Shown: positions 26,329 to 33,148 of the stretch, in pieces
Numbering within the stretch: the first letter of the stretch is position 1
How the letters are laid out: each line of letters starts with the position of its first letter
From: Halobacteriales archaeon
GTDB taxonomy: Archaea > Halobacteriota > Halobacteria > Halobacteriales > PXRE01
Direction: 5' to 3'
Length of the DNA stretch: 33,999 nucleotides
NCBI GenBank assembly: GCA_036626315.1
Contig: JAZKSB010000002.1
Span: forward strand, 1 to 33,999
Position numbers and translations under genes: made by a program
Notes under the pieces: model-generated
Databases searched by the model: none
Seen by the model: only the letters and a program-made list of their open reading frames with translations
Told to the model about the DNA's origin: nothing

Positions 26329-27834
26329 ATGGACGACCGACTCATCGACGACGAGGGACTGCCGCCGGGGCGCCGGTCGGTGATCCCCGGGGAGGGCTTT
26401 TTCGTCCCCGACTCCGTCGAACACGAGGCCGAGGAGCAGGCGGCACGCGACGCCCTGGAGGGCGCCGACGTCGCCGTCGTCGCCGACTCCGACGCCGACG
26501 GACTGGCGTGTGCCGCACTGGTCCGGGAGGCCCGCGGGGAGGCCGCGTTGCTGCCATCGGGTCCCCACGAACTCGACGAGAGCCTCCGTCGGGTCGCCGA
26601 CTACGGCGAGGTCGGCCTGGAGGCGTTCGTCTGCGACCTGGCGCCCGACGACTACGCCACGGTCGCGGCCGCCCTGGGGTCGCTGGTCGAGCGGGCCGGC
26701 GCCGTCCGCTGGTTCGACCACCACCGCTGGGACGAAGAAACCGCCGACCGGACCCGGTCGGCGGGTGTGGATCTGGTCGTCGGCGACAGCGACGAGGAGT
26801 GTACCGCCGACGTGGCCGTCCGCGCGATGGACCACGACTTCGCGCCCCACCTGGTCGAACTGGCGGCGGTCACCCGCGACCACGACCTCTGGATCAAGGA
26901 CGACCCCCGCAGCGACGACCTGGCGGACTTCGCCCGGTGGGCGGACGACGAGGACGCCTACATCGACGCCGTCCGCGAACACGGTCCGGACCTGCCGTCG
27001 GCGGTCCAGCAACTGCTCGACGAGCGTCGCGAACTGAAAGACGCGCTGATCGAGCAGGCGGTCGGTCGCGCGGAGTTTCACGAGGTCGGCCCCTGGACGG
27101 TCGGCGTGACCTACGGCCGGTGCAGCCAGAACGAGGTCGCCGAGGCGATGCGCGAGCGGGGGGCGGACGCCTCCGTCGTGATCAAGCCGGCGGGCAGCGT
27201 CAGCCTCCGGGGCACCGAGGCGTTCCAGCGCTGCCACGAGGTCGCCCGGAAACTCAACGGCGGCGGGCATCCGAAAGCCGCCGGATGCAAGCCCGAAATC
27301 TACGACGACATGCTCGACATGGCCCACCACTGGACGACCCAGGGGGCCGCAGCCAAGCGTGTCGTACTCGGAGCCTTCCAGCAGCGTCTCGCGGAACTGC
27401 GCGAGGCCGGGGAACCGCCGGCAACCGAGGGCGGAGAAAACGGCGACGGCGAACCCGACGACGCGTCGCGCGGCACCGAATCCGACGACGCGTCGCGCGG
27501 CACCGAATCCGACGACCCTGAGCGCCGTCCTATCGGGCGCCCTCGCCAGCGACCCACCTGTCGGAGTAACTCGCGCCGCAGGCACACCGGGCGTACGCGT
27601 GGACGACATCGCCCTCGGCGTAGAGGCCGCCGCCGTCCTCGTTTTGCTCCTCGGCGAACGCGAACACGAAAAGCGGGTAGTGGCCGTCGTCGTCGCCGTC
27701 GGGACAGTCGCCGCCGGTCAGGTCCCGGGCGACGTGGCTCTCGGTTTCCATCGCCTCCCGGGAAAACGCCATCGGGTCGACGCCCGCCGCCGACCGGAAC
27801 GCGTCCCGGCCCGTCTCGCCGTCCACGACCATGA
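26329..27834 (+). CDS. DHH/DHHA1-family phosphoesterase. The 3' end is suspect, with an apparent stop loss.
   Basis: ATG 26329. DHH motifs VVADSDADGLACAAL, FVCDL, FDHHRW and DHDLW, plus DHHA1 GGGHPKAAG. The native-looking acidic tail ends near 27516. There is no in-frame stop until 27832-27834. The last roughly 105 codons are Arg-rich, have many A/T third positions, and lie antisense to CDS 27530..27964. Confidence 0.75.
   Translation: MDDRLIDDEGLPPGRRSVIPGEGFFVPDSVEHEAEEQAARDALEGADVAVVADSDADGLACAALVREARGEAALLPSGPHELDESLRRVADYGEVGLEAFVCDLAPDDYATVAAALGSLVERAGAVRWFDHHRWDEETADRTRSAGVDLVVGDSDEECTADVAVRAMDHDFAPHLVELAAVTRDHDLWIKDDPRSDDLADFARWADDEDAYIDAVREHGPDLPSAVQQLLDERRELKDALIEQAVGRAEFHEVGPWTVGVTYGRCSQNEVAEAMRERGADASVVIKPAGSVSLRGTEAFQRCHEVARKLNGGGHPKAAGCKPEIYDDMLDMAHHWTTQGAAAKRVVLGAFQQRLAELREAGEPPATEGGENGDGEPDDASRGTESDDASRGTESDDPERRPIGRPRQRPTCRSNSRRRHTGRTRGRHRPRRRGRRRPRFAPRRTRTRKAGSGRRRRRRDSRRRSGPGRRGSRFPSPPGKTPSGRRPPPTGTRPGPSRRPRP
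27457..27516 (+). repeat. Perfect in-frame 27-bp tandem duplication, plus 6 bp of a third copy, in the DHH gene tail
   Basis: GACGACGCGTCGCGCGGCACCGAATCC occurs at 27457-27483 and 27484-27510, then GACGAC. It encodes DDASRGTES twice. Confidence 0.9.
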
Positions 27835-27964
27835 CGACTCCGCCGTCGACGAGTTCTCCGTGGTCGGCAAGCGTCTCCGGGTCGTCGACGAAGGACTCCG
27901 AGAGGAAAAATGCGACGTCGTCGGGGCGGTCCCCCGCGAGAAACTGCTCGCGCCTGTCGGTCAT
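27530..27964 (-). CDS. Conserved haloarchaeal hypothetical protein, acidic, 144 aa
   Basis: ATG 27964 (MTDRREQFLAGDRPDD). High GC3 and acidic composition. The upstream 43 codons of the track ORF are basic shadow. Confidence 0.7.
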   Translation of the reverse strand: MTDRREQFLAGDRPDDVAFFLSESFVDDPETLADHGELVDGGVVMVVDGETGRDAFRSAAGVDPMAFSREAMETESHVARDLTGGDCPDGDDDGHYPLFVFAFAEEQNEDGGGLYAEGDVVHAYARCACGASYSDRWVAGEGAR

Positions 27965-28038
27965 GGTCGCGGTTGGGCCGGCGTGCCTAAAGGCCCGGCG
28001 TCTCAGTGCGGGATACACCCGGTGGCGGGCAGGCGGCC

Positions 28039-28169
28039 CATCCGCCGTCCAGCAAGTCCGACGCGGAGGGCCCGCTCGCTGGCAATCGATCACCCGCCGT
28101 CCAGCAAGTCCGACGCGGAGGGCCCGCTCGCTGGCAATCGATCACCCGCCGTCCAGCAAGTCCGACGCG
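28039..28169 (-). repeat. 52-bp tandem repeat, 2.5 copies, spanning the stop codon of CDS 28142..28582
   Basis: Units at 28039-28090 and 28091-28142 differ at 1 position. The partial unit 28143-28169 is the last 8 codons of the CDS. The junctions at 28090-28092 and 28142-28144 each read TCA, which is TGA on the minus strand. Confidence 0.9.
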
Positions 28170-28582
28170 ATGTCCTGCAGGTCCGAGTCGGGTTTGCCGG
28201 CATCGTAGACCACCCGCTCGCCTGGTGCCCGGAGGCCGTAGCGGTACGATTCGTCGACCACGTCGACCAGCACCGCGTCCCCGAAGTCGACGCCGTGGCG
28301 GTCCTGCCAGTCCGCGAGGTGGTCAGCGCCCACCCCCGGGTCGCGTGCCCCATCCGGCGTCTCGAACGCGCCGCGGAGTTCGAGCCCGTCGCCCGCCAGC
28401 GGCGGGGAGACGCGTGTGAACCGCTCGGTGCCGCCGACCACGAGGCGGACGACCCCCTCGGTAAAGCGGTCGGCGTCGTCGGCAGGAACGGCCACCCGGG
28501 GACGGTCGGTGCGTCCCGCCCGGACCAGCCGCGCCCGCACCGAGTGGACAGCGGGGTGGTCGCTGGGGACGCGCTCGGGCAT
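28142..28582 (-). CDS. Conserved hypothetical protein of 146 aa, co-transcribed with rps6e
   Basis: ATG 28582 immediately follows the rps6e stop (28583-28585). Acidic composition and high GC3. Confidence 0.65.
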   Translation of the reverse strand: MPERVPSDHPAVHSVRARLVRAGRTDRPRVAVPADDADRFTEGVVRLVVGGTERFTRVSPPLAGDGLELRGAFETPDGARDPGVGADHLADWQDRHGVDFGDAVLVDVVDESYRYGLRAPGERVVYDAGKPDSDLQDIASDLLDGG

Positions 28583-28975
28583 CTACTCCTCGTCGGTCTC
28601 GCCGAGCAGTTCCCCGGGGTCGGTCGAGCCGCGCTCGACGATCTTGGCGTTGATCTGGGCGGTCTCGTCGCTCACCTCGTTGCCCCGGACGGTGACCCGC
28701 CGGCGCTCGCCGTCGCGGCTGGGCCGGTAGCCGACCCCGCCGTCGAGCAGCAGTTCCGTCAGTTCCGGGCCGTCGACGTCCGCCCGCATCGGACGCCCGG
28801 TAGCGTCGGAGCCGCCGGTGATCTCAAGGGTGTACCCGTCGAGCCCGACGGCGCCGCCATCGACGGCGTCGCCGATCGTTCGGCCGAGAAAGCGGTTGGC
28901 GTTCTGGTCCGAGATCTCTCGCTGGTAGGTCGCACCCGTCTCCGGGTCCGCGACGGCGACCTGGAACGTAGCCAT
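28583..28975 (-). CDS. rps6e: 30S ribosomal protein S6e
   Basis: ATG 28975 gives [21 protein letters not shown]...[16 protein letters not shown]...[10 protein letters not shown], the eS6 family signature. Acidic C-terminal tail. Confidence 0.92.
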   Translation of the reverse strand: MATFQVAVADPETGATYQREISDQNANRFLGRTIGDAVDGGAVGLDGYTLEITGGSDATGRPMRADVDGPELTELLLDGGVGYRPSRDGERRRVTVRGNEVSDETAQINAKIVERGSTDPGELLGETDEE

Positions 28976-29213
28976 ACCCGTGTCAAATCGGGGCGACGCC
29001 AAAAGCACATCGAAAGCGCCCGTCGCCCGTTCCCGGCAGTTTTCCGCCGGGGCGGCGGATCGCACTTATACTTTTCTCTCGTTCACTCCGCGAGTGAGCG
29101 CCGGCGCCGTTTCAAGACTCCGCCCCGTGAAACAGTAGTCGTTGGACGGTGCCGCAGGTGGCGTCGTCGTTCGCGATGCACCAGGCGACACGTCGCTGAC
29201 GGAGGATCTCGAA

Positions 29214-29828
29214 ATGAGCAAGGTGACAGACCCGAACGACGACGTGGACGGTGAGTCGATAGCTGCGGTCGACGACTCCGGAGAGACCGCCGTACTCGTC
29301 GTCGACGACCAGGAATCAGTGGCCGACCTCTACACGGAGTTTCTCGAGGACGTCTACCGCGTCGAGACTGCTTACGGAGGCGAGGAGGCCCTGGCGATCG
29401 TCGACGACGACTTCGACGTCGTCCTGCTCGACCGCCGGATGCCCGGGATCAACGGGGACGCGGTACTGGAGGAGATCCGTGCCTGCGGCATCGACGCCCG
29501 GGTCGCGATGGTGACAGCGGTCGAACCCGACGAAGCTCTCCTGGACTTGGGGTTCGACGACTACGTTCTCAAGCCGATCATCCAGGAAGAACTGCACGAC
29601 GCCGTCGAGAGACTCCGTCTCCTGTCCGAGTACCGGTCGGTCCGCGGCGAACTCGGGTCGCTGCGGGTCAAGCGCAACGTCCTCGGCGTGGAGGTCCCCG
29701 GGCAACTGCGATCCGGTTCCGAGGAGTTTCGGCGGCTCGAACGTGACATTGCGAACCTCGAACGACGGCTGGCAGCGATCGAGGCGGAACTGCAGGAAAC
29801 CCGCCTCGCGGCGGCGATCGGGGGATAA
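29214..29828 (+). CDS. Response regulator with a receiver domain and a C-terminal HalX coiled-coil domain
   Basis: ATG 29214. VLVVDDQ, phospho-acceptor context DVVLLDRRMPGINGD, VAMVTA, DYVLKP. The C-terminal helical LSEYRSVRGELGSLRVKR...LERDIANLERRL resembles HalX. Confidence 0.85.
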   Translation: MSKVTDPNDDVDGESIAAVDDSGETAVLVVDDQESVADLYTEFLEDVYRVETAYGGEEALAIVDDDFDVVLLDRRMPGINGDAVLEEIRACGIDARVAMVTAVEPDEALLDLGFDDYVLKPIIQEELHDAVERLRLLSEYRSVRGELGSLRVKRNVLGVEVPGQLRSGSEEFRRLERDIANLERRLAAIEAELQETRLAAAIGG

Positions 29829-29954
29829 GCAGGACGCCAGGCGGCGGGACCGGCCTCGCGACCGTCGTGTGAAGGTCCCCCCGTCGGTGGGCCGGCGACG
29901 GGACGCGGTCGCCTACCCAAAACGCCTTTGTCGCCTGCTGCGTTCATTTCGACT

Positions 29955-30329
29955 GTGACTGACGACCGTCCCGGTCAACAGCCCGACGACCCGCCGATCG
30001 AGGAGATACTCGACGCGATCGGCGACAAGTACGCCCGGGACGTCCTCGCCGCGATCTGCCGGGAGCCGCGCTCGGCGAAGGAACTGGCCGAGGAACTCGA
30101 TCACTCCCTGCAGACGATCTACCGCCGGATAGACCTGCTGGAGGAACACGACCTGGTGAGCGCCCACGTCCGTATCGCCGCCGACGGCAACCACCATCAG
30201 GTGTACGACTCGAACTTCGACAGCGTGCTCATTTCCGTCGAAGAGGACATGTACGACGTCCGCATCTACCGCCGCGACGACCTGCCCGAGCGGTTCGGCG
30301 ACCTCTGGGAGGAACTCAGCAAGGGGTAA
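29955..30329 (+). CDS. Winged helix-turn-helix transcriptional regulator (ArsR-like)
   Basis: ILDAIGDKYARDVLAAICREPRSAKELAEELDHSLQTIYRRIDLLEEHDLV is a classic wHTH. The start is uncertain: GTG 29955, or TTG 29928 as in the ORF track. Confidence 0.75.
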   Translation: MTDDRPGQQPDDPPIEEILDAIGDKYARDVLAAICREPRSAKELAEELDHSLQTIYRRIDLLEEHDLVSAHVRIAADGNHHQVYDSNFDSVLISVEEDMYDVRIYRRDDLPERFGDLWEELSKG

Positions 30330-30331
30330 TC

Positions 30332-30619
30332 ATGACCGGCATCGTCCAGCAGTTCGTTGCGGTGTCGCTGATGCTGCTCAGGCTTGTGCTATTTGCCCTC
30401 TCGCTGGGGCTGACGATCGTCAGCTTCCAGGCCTACCAGCGCCGCCAGTCGAAGCAACTGGAGACCGCGTTCATCGGCTTCGCGTTCATCAGCATGGGCG
30501 TGGGGCTAACCACGCTGATCGCCCAGCAGTCCGGCGCCAGCCTGACGCTTCTGCGCATCGCCGAAACCGTCCCGTTCATCGTGGGGTTCTCGATGCTGTA
30601 CCTGTCGCTGTACCGCTGA
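30332..30619 (+). CDS. Small membrane protein of 95 aa with 3 TM segments, translationally adjacent to the wHTH regulator
   Basis: The ATG is 2 nt after the upstream stop. Three hydrophobic segments. Confidence 0.7.
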   Translation: MTGIVQQFVAVSLMLLRLVLFALSLGLTIVSFQAYQRRQSKQLETAFIGFAFISMGVGLTTLIAQQSGASLTLLRIAETVPFIVGFSMLYLSLYR

Positions 30620-30705
30620 CCGCTGCCGCCCGTTCCGGCCCCGCAATCACCGCCGCGACCGCGGACCGACGAACGGAAGCCGCTCGACCCGCTACGCGGT
30701 CGCAG

Positions 30706-32028
30706 ATGGACCTGGAGTTTCTCGGCGGCGCCGGGCAAGTCGGCCGCAGTGCCCTGCTGGTCAACGACCGCCTGCTCGTCGACTTCGGGATGGAGAACGC
30801 GACGCCGACCCGGTATCCGATTCGGACCCCGGAGCCGGACGCAGCGGTGGTCAGCCACGCCCACCTCGACCACGCGGGGGCGGTTCCGGCACTGCTGTCC
30901 GGCGACCGCCGGCCGCCGATCCACTGGACGCCCCAGACCGCGGAACTGGCCCGACTGCTGGCGCGGGACACCCTCCGGCTCCAGGGCAACTCGCCGTCGC
31001 TGCCGTTCCACGAGCAGGAACGCAAGCGGCTGACGGAGGTCTCCCGGACCCACGGCTACCGGGAGCCGTTCGAGGCTGCGGGCCACCGCGTCGAGTTCTT
31101 CGACGCCGGGCACGTCCCGGGCAGTGCCCACGTCCTCGTCGACGACGGCGACGTGCGGTTGCTCTACACCGGCGACTTCAACACCGAGAACCAGCGACTC
31201 GTCGCCGGGTCGACCGCCCGCCCCGACGCCGACGTGGTCGTCACCGAGAGCACCTACGGGGACCACACCCGCCCGCCCCGGGCGGACCTGGAGGCGGCGT
31301 TCGTCGAATCCGTCCGGGAGACCCTCTGGGAGGGCGGGACCGTCGTCGCCCCCGCGTTCGCCATCGGCCGCACCCAGGAGGTCACGAGCATTCTCGCCGC
31401 CGCCGACGTCGACTGCTACGTCGACGGGATGGGCACCCGGGTCACCCGCCTGCTCCAGCGGCATCCCGAGTTCCTGCGCGACGCCGCAGTGCTCGACCGC
31501 GCGAAGGCAAACGCCCGCTTCGTCCCCGACGGCGCCGTCGGGCCGGGCGGGACGACCGGCGTCCGGCAAGGACAGCGCGAGCGCATCGCCGAGGAGAGCA
31601 CCGTCGTCGTGACCACCGCGGGGATGCTCTCGGGCGGCCCCGCGATGACCTACGTCCCCGCGATCCGGGACCACCCGACGAACAAGATCACGCTCACCGG
31701 CTATCAGGTCGAGGGGACGCCCGGGCGGGAACTGCTCGAGACCGGTCGGGCGGAGTTCGACGGTCGCGTGTTGCCGGTCAGCGCCCAGGTGGAGTACTAC
31801 GACTTCTCGGCCCACGCCGACCGGGAGGGACTGCTGTCGTTTCTCGACGCCTACCGCGACGCCGAAATCCTGGTCGTCCACGGCGACGACACCGGTGGGT
31901 TCGCGACGGACCTCCGGGAGGTGGGGTTCGACGCCGCCGCACCCGAACTCGGCGAGACCGTCTCCGTCGAGACGGGTTCACGGCGGCCACGTGGCGGCGA
32001 TGGAAAGCGTCGTGACGACGGCCAGTAG
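30706..32028 (+). CDS. Beta-CASP family metallo-beta-lactamase-fold ribonuclease (aCPSF2-like)
   Basis: MBL motif VVSHAHLDHAG, DAGHVPGS, TGDF, TESTYG, the beta-CASP region, and C-terminal FSAHADREGL / VVHGD. Confidence 0.88.
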   Translation: MDLEFLGGAGQVGRSALLVNDRLLVDFGMENATPTRYPIRTPEPDAAVVSHAHLDHAGAVPALLSGDRRPPIHWTPQTAELARLLARDTLRLQGNSPSLPFHEQERKRLTEVSRTHGYREPFEAAGHRVEFFDAGHVPGSAHVLVDDGDVRLLYTGDFNTENQRLVAGSTARPDADVVVTESTYGDHTRPPRADLEAAFVESVRETLWEGGTVVAPAFAIGRTQEVTSILAAADVDCYVDGMGTRVTRLLQRHPEFLRDAAVLDRAKANARFVPDGAVGPGGTTGVRQGQRERIAEESTVVVTTAGMLSGGPAMTYVPAIRDHPTNKITLTGYQVEGTPGRELLETGRAEFDGRVLPVSAQVEYYDFSAHADREGLLSFLDAYRDAEILVVHGDDTGGFATDLREVGFDAAAPELGETVSVETGSRRPRGGDGKRRDDGQ

Positions 32029-32052
32029 AAGCGTCGTAACGACGGCCAGGAG
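32005..32052 (+). repeat. 24-bp tandem duplication spanning the beta-CASP gene stop codon
   Basis: AAGCGTCGTGACGACGGCCAGTAG (32005-32028, ending in the stop TAG) is followed by AAGCGTCGTAACGACGGCCAGGAG (32029-52), then an in-frame TGA (32053-55). Confidence 0.85.
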
Positions 32053-32131
32053 TGATCAAAACGAGCGGCCCCCGTGCACGTCGCGCACACGCCCGAACGG
32101 GTGCTTTCAGTCCGGGGGCGCTGGGACGAAC

Positions 32132-32809
32132 GTGAGCGACCGCCGGTCGTCGACCGACCGAGAGTCGCCCGTCGGAGAGCCGGTGGTCAGGGCGGACGCG
32201 GACCTGTTCGAGGAGGAGGCAGTGCCGTTCGACCCCGACGACCCCGAGAGTCTGGCGGACGCCGCCGAGACGGTCCGGGCGTTCGCCGTCGAACCGCACG
32301 TGGCCGACGCGAAGTACGTCCTGCGGGGCGCGGCCGCCTGCGCCGCGCTCGTCCGGGGGGAGGGCGGCTACAGGGCAGCCGTCGAACGGGCCGGCGAGGC
32401 GGTGTCGGTGAGTTTCGTCCGCAAGTGGGCGCGGGTCCACGACCTGCCGTACGCGGTTCGCCGCCACGTCGCGTGCGGCGACGTTCCGCCGACGGCGGCC
32501 AAACACGTCGCCCGCGTGCAGGGCCGAGCGAGATACCTGCTGGCCTGGGCCGTCGTCGACGCCGGCATGACGGTCCGGGAGGTGCGCGACGCCGCGAGCG
32601 CGGTCGCAGACGGCACGGCCGCCGAGGCGGCGCTGCGCGAGCACGGCGTCGATCCCGGAACGATCGAGGTCGACCTGCCCGTCGACCTCTACGTGGAACT
32701 CCGCCGGCGGGCGGCGCTGTCCGGGGAGCGGACGGACGATCTGGTGGCGGCGGCGCTCCGAGGACGGTTCGACGGGCACCAGGACCGTTCGGACGCGTCG
32801 AGGCGGTGA
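32132..32809 (+). CDS. Hypothetical DNA-binding protein with a central HTH-like region and a C-terminal ribbon-helix-helix-like motif
   Basis: GTG 32132 is the proposed start; the track ORF begins at 31895, inside the previous gene. The acidic N-terminus is followed by VSFVRKWARVHDLPYAVRRHVACGDVPPTAAKHVARV. The C-terminal IEVDLPVDLYVELRRRAALSGERTDDLVAAALRGRF has an RHH pattern. Confidence 0.6.
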   Translation: MSDRRSSTDRESPVGEPVVRADADLFEEEAVPFDPDDPESLADAAETVRAFAVEPHVADAKYVLRGAAACAALVRGEGGYRAAVERAGEAVSVSFVRKWARVHDLPYAVRRHVACGDVPPTAAKHVARVQGRARYLLAWAVVDAGMTVREVRDAASAVADGTAAEAALREHGVDPGTIEVDLPVDLYVELRRRAALSGERTDDLVAAALRGRFDGHQDRSDASRR

Positions 32810-32873
32810 GCAGTCGGGGGGCGCGGTCGTCGGAAGCCGCGGACGGCACCGACCGCCGAGCGGAACCCGAGGG

Positions 32874-32880
32874 CTTATTT
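32874..32880 (+). promoter_or_regulatory. TATA-like box (CTTATTT) for tRNA-Lys
   Basis: 32 nt upstream of tRNA position 1. Confidence 0.4.
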
Positions 32881-32905
32881 CCGGAGCGCGAAAAGCATCC
32901 GGCGA

Positions 32906-32979
32906 GGGCCGGTAGCTCAGTTAGGCAGAGCGTCTGGCTTTTAACCAGATGGTCGGGGGTTCAAATCCCTCCCGGCCCG
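32906..32979 (+). tRNA. tRNA-Lys (anticodon UUU), 74 nt, no encoded CCA, no intron
   Basis: Manual cloverleaf: acceptor GGGCCGG/CCGGCCC, D arm GCTC-AGTTAGGCA-GAGC, anticodon arm TCTGG-CTTTTAA-CCAGA, variable TGGTC, T arm GGGGG-TTCAAAT-CCCTC, discriminator G. Confidence 0.95.
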
Positions 32980-33016
32980 TGCAACGAGACCGCGAGCAAT
33001 GCGAGCGGTCGAGTGA

Positions 33017-33099
33017 ACCGGCAGGAGGGATTTGAAGTAGACGAGTCGCGCGCAGCGAAGCGAGCACGTCTCGGCGTAGTTCAAATCCCTCCCGGCCCG
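33017..33099 (+). repeat. Long imperfect hairpin built from an inverted copy (33024-33036) and a direct 21-bp copy (33079-33099) of the tRNA-Lys T-arm and acceptor 3' end, followed by a T4 run
   Basis: GTTCAAATCCCTCCCGGCCCG at 32959-32979 recurs exactly at 33079-33099, an offset of 120 bp. GGAGGGATTTGAA at 33024-36 is its reverse complement. The inner stem elements are AGACG/CGTCT and TCGC/GCGA. GCTTTTCC follows at 33099-33106. Confidence 0.8.
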
Positions 33100-33148
33100 C
33101 TTTTCCGGCGAACGAACGCGAACGACCGGCAAGCGGTCCAACCAATCG

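Noticed and set aside
27835-28141. Coding potential of ORFs 27831-28208(+) and 28006-28419(+) across the 52-bp repeats
   Set aside because: Their apparent length comes from repeat-derived stop-free sequence and the antisense of real genes. The translations are Arg/Pro/Ser-rich.
32026-32055. TAG read-through (pyrrolysine or programmed) extending the beta-CASP protein by 8 codons
   Set aside because: No pyl genes or PYLIS-like context are seen, and Pyl decoding is not a known haloarchaeal trait. A simple GAG-to-TAG nonsense change in a duplicated tail explains the pattern.
32906-33148. Integrated provirus or plasmid at tRNA-Lys
   Set aside because: The direct repeats are only 120 bp apart and enclose 98 bp with no ORF. 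There is no integrase or other mobile-element gene in the flanks (an HTH/RHH protein on one side, an MFS transporter on the other). At most it is a scar or miniature element.
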